From: a virus
Lineage: Duplodnaviria; Caudoviricetes
IMG/VR virus record: IMGVR_UViG_3300013121_000004
Coordinates: 41,903-105,902 of that record
Length of the DNA stretch: 64,000 bases
Direction: 5' to 3' (one strand)
Made by a program: the position numbers and the translations under genes. This document shows, piece by piece, positions 59,227 through 64,000 of the stretch. The notes under the pieces are model-generated. The model saw nothing but the letters and a program-made list of their open reading frames with translations. It was not told the origin of the DNA and ran no database searches. Positions within the stretch are counted from its first letter, which is position 1. Each line of letters opens with the position of its first letter.

Positions 59227-59745
59227 TCAGTTACGATTACTTATGAGAAAGATATCTCTTGGTGTGTTTTCTGTAACATTCGCGCTAAAGTTCTTAGGAT
59301 CAACAACAGTAGATAACTGTATAATCGATTCACCATTAGGATCAGGGTTCTCTGTAGCTATCTCTAGTATTAAATTGCCACTACGAGAGTGCCCATATAG
59401 GAGGTTATTCATAAACGAAATTTCCGATTTAACGTCGATGGTATATGTTTTCATTTCGTTAACGGAATAATCTGGGTACGCCGCCCCAACGACGAATTTC
59501 TGCTCCTCGAAATCGAGATAAACAAACCATATAGCGCGATGCTCAATCATGTCCGTAATCGTGCTAATCGTAGTTACTAGATCGTTAAACACAGTAAGCG
59601 TAATACGAAACACGAGTACCTCAGCAAAGTCTACATTTCCATACGTAAATATACTGTGCCAGTGGCCCTGCGTTTCAATACGCTCACGGGTTAGACTTCT
59701 CTTGAATCTGAATGTGGTATTAGCCTTAGCCATTTCCGTTGCCAT
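59227..59745 (-). CDS. hypothetical protein
   Basis: 172-aa ORF in operon. Confidence 0.6.
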   Translation of the reverse strand: MATEMAKANTTFRFKRSLTRERIETQGHWHSIFTYGNVDFAEVLVFRITLTVFNDLVTTISTITDMIEHRAIWFVYLDFEEQKFVVGAAYPDYSVNEMKTYTIDVKSEISFMNNLLYGHSRSGNLILEIATENPDPNGESIIQLSTVVDPKNFSANVTENTPRDIFLISNRN

Positions 59746-60232
59746 CCATCAGGTTAAGCATCTTCAGGCCGTACAAATAGATACAGAATGCGTCTTTCTG
59801 GTCTTCATTCCAAGCTTTGAAGTCTATATCCGAGCCAGCTAAGTACGTGTGCACGAATTCTGATATGTAATCTTTTGTAGCAGACCCGTTTAGTACGATT
59901 TCTTTCTTCCACGTACCAACAGGGACTAGTAGAGTCGGAATGGTGTTATTCTCACATGTAAAATGGATAAGCCCGACAAGCTGATTTAAGAATAACGACT
60001 GCTTCGTATTTCTACCAATAAGCCCGTCTTCTAGAGCTACCTTCATGTTATGCACTTCTTCCCAATTATTCACTAGAAATTGGTTAAAGTTACGTGTGTT
60101 CTCTACTACTTTAGCCCACATAGTAGACCCTGTAGAAGATGGAATCCATACGTTTTGCAGAATTCCGTGCTTATCTTTGTAGCAAATAGCTAGACCCTTC
60201 AAGGCTGAGTCGATACCAATTACATTAGACAT
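59726..60232 (-). CDS. RuvC-like Holliday junction resolvase
   Basis: VIGIDS, VALED, WKK...G.ATK, DQKDAF; start at MSNVIG. Confidence 0.8.
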   Translation of the reverse strand: MSNVIGIDSALKGLAICYKDKHGILQNVWIPSSTGSTMWAKVVENTRNFNQFLVNNWEEVHNMKVALEDGLIGRNTKQSLFLNQLVGLIHFTCENNTIPTLLVPVGTWKKEIVLNGSATKDYISEFVHTYLAGSDIDFKAWNEDQKDAFCIYLYGLKMLNLMDGNGNG

Positions 60233-60917
60233 ACTCTCTCCTAGTTTGTAGCTTCTCGTACACAGTATCACCATTGTACTGGCTGGCTTCGTAAGCTACA
60301 TCTGCATAATCTATCAATGTAGGGTCATGCGTAATAATCAAGAACTGAATACCCGTCTCTTCGTTTAGTTTTTGTAGAAGAAGAGCTAAGTTAGGAACGT
60401 ATTCGGAGGACAGGTGTGCAAATGTTTCATCAAGTAACATCACCTTCTCCAGTTGATTAGATGACAGCAGCACCAGTACTCTTAACAAAAACCCGGCGAC
60501 TGAAATCACGCCACCGCCTTTAGCGTCTATGACGTCTGTTATCAGTGATTCACCATCAATGACTTGAGCAAGTTTGAAGTTGATTACAACTGAGTTGCCG
60601 TTCTCTGAGCGCTCGATGATAAAGTCTAGCTTTTCTCCGAACACAAATGACAGCCCTCTAGAGATAATAGATGCTACCCGGTTTTCGAAATTCTTGTACC
60701 ACTCTTTCTCTAGAGAAGAAAGCACTGCCTGTGTGGCGGTTAGCAGGTCTAGCTCTTCTTCTGTTGCTTTGATTTCTTCGGAGGTAGTGTTTACTACCTC
60801 CATATACGCTTCATATTTCCCTTCTAAGACTTGTAACTCTCTAGAGAACTTAGCCCAAGCAGTGTATAGCTGTTCGCTTCTACTCTTTAGCGTTTTCAAG
60901 GAATCTTGAGATTGCAT
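60225..60917 (-). CDS. SbcC/Rad50-like ATPase, C-terminal half only
   Basis: Coiled coil, KGGG signature, LLDETFAHLS (Walker B/D-loop), IITHD; no Walker A. Confidence 0.8.
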   Translation of the reverse strand: MQSQDSLKTLKSRSEQLYTAWAKFSRELQVLEGKYEAYMEVVNTTSEEIKATEEELDLLTATQAVLSSLEKEWYKNFENRVASIISRGLSFVFGEKLDFIIERSENGNSVVINFKLAQVIDGESLITDVIDAKGGGVISVAGFLLRVLVLLSSNQLEKVMLLDETFAHLSSEYVPNLALLLQKLNEETGIQFLIITHDPTLIDYADVAYEASQYNGDTVYEKLQTRREYV

Positions 60918-61452
60918 CTACTCTCTCCTCAATAGGCTTCCAAGTGATGTACGCATTTACATCGAAGCGATTCCATTCTTCTTCACTAGAATGTTTAGAC
61001 ATGCTTGCTACGTCTTCCCTCTCTTCTGGATTAGGCTCTAGCTTAATAAAGTAAAATCCTAGTTTGCGAAGCATGTTATATTCGTTAGTAAATCTGCAAT
61101 CATCTACCCAATGAGGCGCAGGTGTATTAGATAACTTGTCCACAAAACGATGTACCCAATAATCCTCCGAGCGACAGATCTCACGCCGGAACTCCGTTCC
61201 CCACCACTGTAGAATTGTTCTGTACTTTTTCTTCAGCACAGGATCAGTCATTTCGTGCAGCATGTTCGTCTTTACGATATCGCACGTATCAGGAGAATCT
61301 GCGCACTCATTCGCCAATACGCCCGCTACTTCCTCTCGTAAAGCGTCAGCAAAAGATAACTTTGTACCCCCGTACTTGCGCAGCATAGCCGCAGCCGTTG
61401 TTGATTTACCTGATCTGATTGGCCCAATAAATGCTACTCCTGCGTGATACAT
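60880..61452 (-). CDS. deoxynucleoside monophosphate kinase
   Basis: GPIRSGKST, SFADALR, LQWWGTEFRR, DDCRFTNE, HSSE. Confidence 0.9.
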   Translation of the reverse strand: MYHAGVAFIGPIRSGKSTTAAAMLRKYGGTKLSFADALREEVAGVLANECADSPDTCDIVKTNMLHEMTDPVLKKKYRTILQWWGTEFRREICRSEDYWVHRFVDKLSNTPAPHWVDDCRFTNEYNMLRKLGFYFIKLEPNPEEREDVASMSKHSSEEEWNRFDVNAYITWKPIEERVDAISRFLENAKE

Positions 61453-61739
61453 TATTCTTCTACCTCTTTAAGATGATTTTGCAAGCGTTCCGTTAGTTCT
61501 TTTACTCTGTTTTGTAGCTCTGTATGAATGTTATCGATATCATACCCAGCGTCTACTAAGCTGTCCCCTATTTCTTCTAACTTAGCTTTCAACATTTCTA
61601 CTCTTCCTGTAGCGGTCTTGCTCTTTTCCTCTAATGCGGCAATCTCATTTAGAATTGTCTGTAAGTCTCTGTTACCGCTATCGCGCGGCGTTCGATAAGT
61701 ACCTCTCTGCACGATCTCTAACCTCCTTGTTGTCCACAA
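61452..61739 (-). CDS. small coiled-coil protein
   Basis: Heptad-rich; start uncertain. Confidence 0.55.
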   Translation of the reverse strand: MWTTRRLEIVQRGTYRTPRDSGNRDLQTILNEIAALEEKSKTATGRVEMLKAKLEEIGDSLVDAGYDIDNIHTELQNRVKELTERLQNHLKEVEE

Positions 61740-62634
61740 TGGTACGAAGTAATTCAGAAAAATCTACATCATCAAAACTGAGTAGTTGACTGAAGTCAAC
61801 TGCGATATCAGGGGTATCGATGTTATCCGGCTCGTATGCTTCCACCACTTCATTAAACACTGTACTCCAGTGGGATGCATCTAGCTTGTCTCTTGATGCT
61901 TTTACCTTTACTTTGCCGTTCTCCTTCCAGATAGTGCCTTTGGCTACGTACACATCTCTCTTCTGATCTCGAGCCCTACGACAGAGAGAGCCACAATTAA
62001 TGAAGTACGTACCGTTTACCTTCTTAATACCGTGGTCATCGTGGATGTGCCCCCATAAGAACATATCTGTGTTTGATGTGTCTACTTCGTCATATGGTAT
62101 GTGCGGGAAGTTATACGCATACCGTCCACTGCTGAATGCCGCATGTGCCAGCGCTAAATTATAGTCGCTACCCGGAAGACGAGGCACATCAAAGAATGTG
62201 GCATCCCATTCCGCTCTGTCGTCAAAATTGTACGGGGTGATTTGTAGCTGTAAGTCATCGAACGCGTATACGGCTGGCTCTAGTAATAGGTTGATAGCCC
62301 CAGACTCTGCAATTACTCCTAGAGGTTGTTTACTTATCGTGGACATCCCGCCAGAACTCAAGTCGTGATTTCCGGCGATAGCGTACGTGTTAACTCCGTT
62401 ATCCTTTAGATCTAAAAACATCCCTATAAGTCTACGCACTAAAGCGTGAGATACCATACGTGGGCTTTTATGATCGAAGAAGTCGCCAGTTATTACTAAA
62501 TGGCGACTCTCGTCTACTGCCTTTTGACCTATGTCTTCCAGCAGCTTTAATAACTCTTGTTGCTGGCCTACTGTGTGATTGGCGAAATCTCTGTCGGCCA
62601 AGTGTAAGTCTGTGACATGGATAAATCGGAACAT
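61678..62634 (-). CDS. SbcD/Mre11-like nuclease
   Basis: TDLHL, GDFFD, GNHD, GHIH, NCGSL. Confidence 0.88.
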   Translation of the reverse strand: MFRFIHVTDLHLADRDFANHTVGQQQELLKLLEDIGQKAVDESRHLVITGDFFDHKSPRMVSHALVRRLIGMFLDLKDNGVNTYAIAGNHDLSSGGMSTISKQPLGVIAESGAINLLLEPAVYAFDDLQLQITPYNFDDRAEWDATFFDVPRLPGSDYNLALAHAAFSSGRYAYNFPHIPYDEVDTSNTDMFLWGHIHDDHGIKKVNGTYFINCGSLCRRARDQKRDVYVAKGTIWKENGKVKVKASRDKLDASHWSTVFNEVVEAYEPDNIDTPDIAVDFSQLLSFDDVDFSELLRTIVDNKEVRDRAERYLSNAAR

Positions 62635-62664
62635 ATTTTGCTCTCCTTTCTACCCTGTGATTAC

Positions 62665-62693
62665 AGGGTAACTGATTTATGCCGCCGCGTCAA
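62665..62693 (-). promoter_or_regulatory. promoter for the sbcD-led operon (TTGACG-N17-TACCCT)
   Basis: Same -35 and -10 hexamers as the 20483-20511 promoter; -10 is one arm of a TACCCTG/CAGGGTA inverted repeat. Confidence 0.7.
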
Positions 62694-63060
62694 TACCGCC
62701 CTTTCGTACTGTCACGACACCCTCTACTACATAATCAAGGTCACCGTTGGCTTGTAGAATCTTGATGAACAGGCTGTAGGTTGTGCCGGGAGTAAGTAAG
62801 TCTGTCTGTGTTCCTGATAGGACGAACGTAAGTTCTCCAGATGCTAAGCTACCTAATCCGAATGATGATGCGTCATCCTCCGTGTTAATCATAATCAGAG
62901 CAGCTGAATCGGCGTCGTCGTAATCTTCTTTAATGGCTACCCAAGTTTTAGACCCGGTTAGGTCAACTAGAGCGCCAGTATTAGGATTCGAAGCAATAAC
63001 CTTGCCTCTATATGTAGCGCCTGTTCTAACGCTTATGTTGAGTGTAACAGGATCTGACAT
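62677..63060 (-). CDS. BppU N-terminal-like virion/baseplate protein (tentative)
   Basis: GATY...VDLTG...IK...GELTFVLSGTQTDLL...Y...VEG.V.V pattern. Confidence 0.55.
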   Translation of the reverse strand: MSDPVTLNISVRTGATYRGKVIASNPNTGALVDLTGSKTWVAIKEDYDDADSAALIMINTEDDASSFGLGSLASGELTFVLSGTQTDLLTPGTTYSLFIKILQANGDLDYVVEGVVTVRKGGIDAAA

Positions 63061-63072
63061 GTGTAACCTTCC

Positions 63073-64000
63073 TTATATTGTTGTTCTCATCTCTTCGTAG
63101 CCTTGTAGACTTACAGAAGTCATTATACCAAATCCACCTAAATTGACTGCTGCTATAGCGTATCCATTTAGATGCACATTAGCCAGCATCTCAAACACAG
63201 CATGATAGGTAAGGATGTCACTAATAGATAAATCCGAGTCTTTAGAGTTCAAGTATATAGTGACAGGGCCGACCGATACGTTTACATCAGATGGTATGCT
63301 AGATGCATCGAACTGAGCAACAGACACTACTTGCTTAACATCTACATCATTAACAGTAAACTCGCTAGCTAGCTCGCTTATGTTTACAACCATTTGAACA
63401 TTCACGTCAGATGGTGTGCTAGATGCGTCGTACTCGTCTAAGCTTACCGGTATAGCGCCTCCAGACACTGCCACGTCACTAGGCGCACTAGATGCATCAT
63501 ACTCATTAACGCTTACAGTCACTGCACCAGTTGTTACAGTTACATCATTTGGTATGCTAGACGCATCGTACTCGTCTAAGCTTACAGTAACTGAACCAGT
63601 GGTGATAACTACATCGTTAGGCACACTAGACGCATCATATTCATTAACACTTACAGTAACTGCGCCAGTGGTGATTGTTATATCACTAGGTGTGCTAGAT
63701 GCGTCATACTCATTAACACTTACAGTAACTGCGCCAGTGGTGATTGTTATATCACTAGGCGCACTAGATGCGTCATACTCATTAACACTTACAGTCACTG
63801 CACCAGTTGTTACAGTTACATCATTTGGTATGCTAGACGCATCGTATTCCGTTACGTATACAGTAGGTGCTGTAATAGTGATTTCCACATCATTAGGTAT
63901 GCTAGATGCGTCATACTCATTAACACTTACAGTCACTGCACCAGTTGTTACAGTTACATCATTTGGTATGCTAGATGCATCGTATTCCGTTACGTATACA
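63073..64000 (-). CDS. virion-like protein with tandem 23-aa repeats (5' end beyond the window)
   Basis: Frame stays open to position 64000; repeat VTVSVNEYDASSxPxDVTVTTGA. Confidence 0.8.
   Translation of the reverse strand, partial: VYVTEYDASSIPNDVTVTTGAVTVSVNEYDASSIPNDVEITITAPTVYVTEYDASSIPNDVTVTTGAVTVSVNEYDASSAPSDITITTGAVTVSVNEYDASSTPSDITITTGAVTVSVNEYDASSVPNDVVITTGSVTVSLDEYDASSIPNDVTVTTGAVTVSVNEYDASSAPSDVAVSGGAIPVSLDEYDASSTPSDVNVQMVVNISELASEFTVNDVDVKQVVSVAQFDASSIPSDVNVSVGPVTIYLNSKDSDLSISDILTYHAVFEMLANVHLNGYAIAAVNLGGFGIMTSVSLQGYEEMRTTI
63270..64000. repeat. 69-bp coding tandem repeat, at least 9 good copies plus degenerate ones
   Basis: Period measured from tgcgccagtg at 63661 and 63730. 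Confidence 0.9.

Noticed and set aside
50040-63660. Diversity-generating retroelement TR/VR pair
   Set aside because: No reverse transcriptase; the matches are exact or differ at non-adenine positions, and both copies are coding tandem repeats
1-64000. Stop-codon (TAG) recoding suggested by TAG/CTAG richness
   Set aside because: Standard-code ORFs are long and tile the sequence densely, and several genes end in TAG

Overview
A 64-kb segment of a large tailed dsDNA phage with siphovirus-type morphogenesis genes. The host is probably a high-GC monoderm bacterium (inference only). Layout: (1) 1-13 kb, minus strand: RNA-repair/tRNA cluster (RlaP-like nucleotidyltransferase, Rnl2-type ligase, CCA-adding enzyme, HD hydrolase, tRNA-Arg(UCU), tRNA-Ile2(CAU)), a Fic protein and many small orphans. 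(2) About 13.1-18.7 kb: a distinctly GC-richer minus-strand module with a hairpin in most intergenic gaps, headed by a ~0.7-kb non-coding, extensively base-paired RNA-like element and followed by a G/T-skewed low-complexity tract that may be the genome end. (3) 20.5-54.3 kb, plus strand: Dam, GH25 lysis cassette, glycosyltransferase, portal, protease, scaffold, capsid, neck, tail tube, frameshifted chaperones, tape measure and tail-tip genes. No terminase is visible. (4) 54.3-64 kb, minus strand: nucleotide, recombination and glycosylation genes plus two virion-like genes. The strongest candidates for novelty are the large structured RNA at ~17970-18650 and a 69-bp coding repeat shared in inverted orientation between two tail genes ~13.5 kb apart (possible inversion-based tail-tip swapping). 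All calls come from motif reading; no searches were run.
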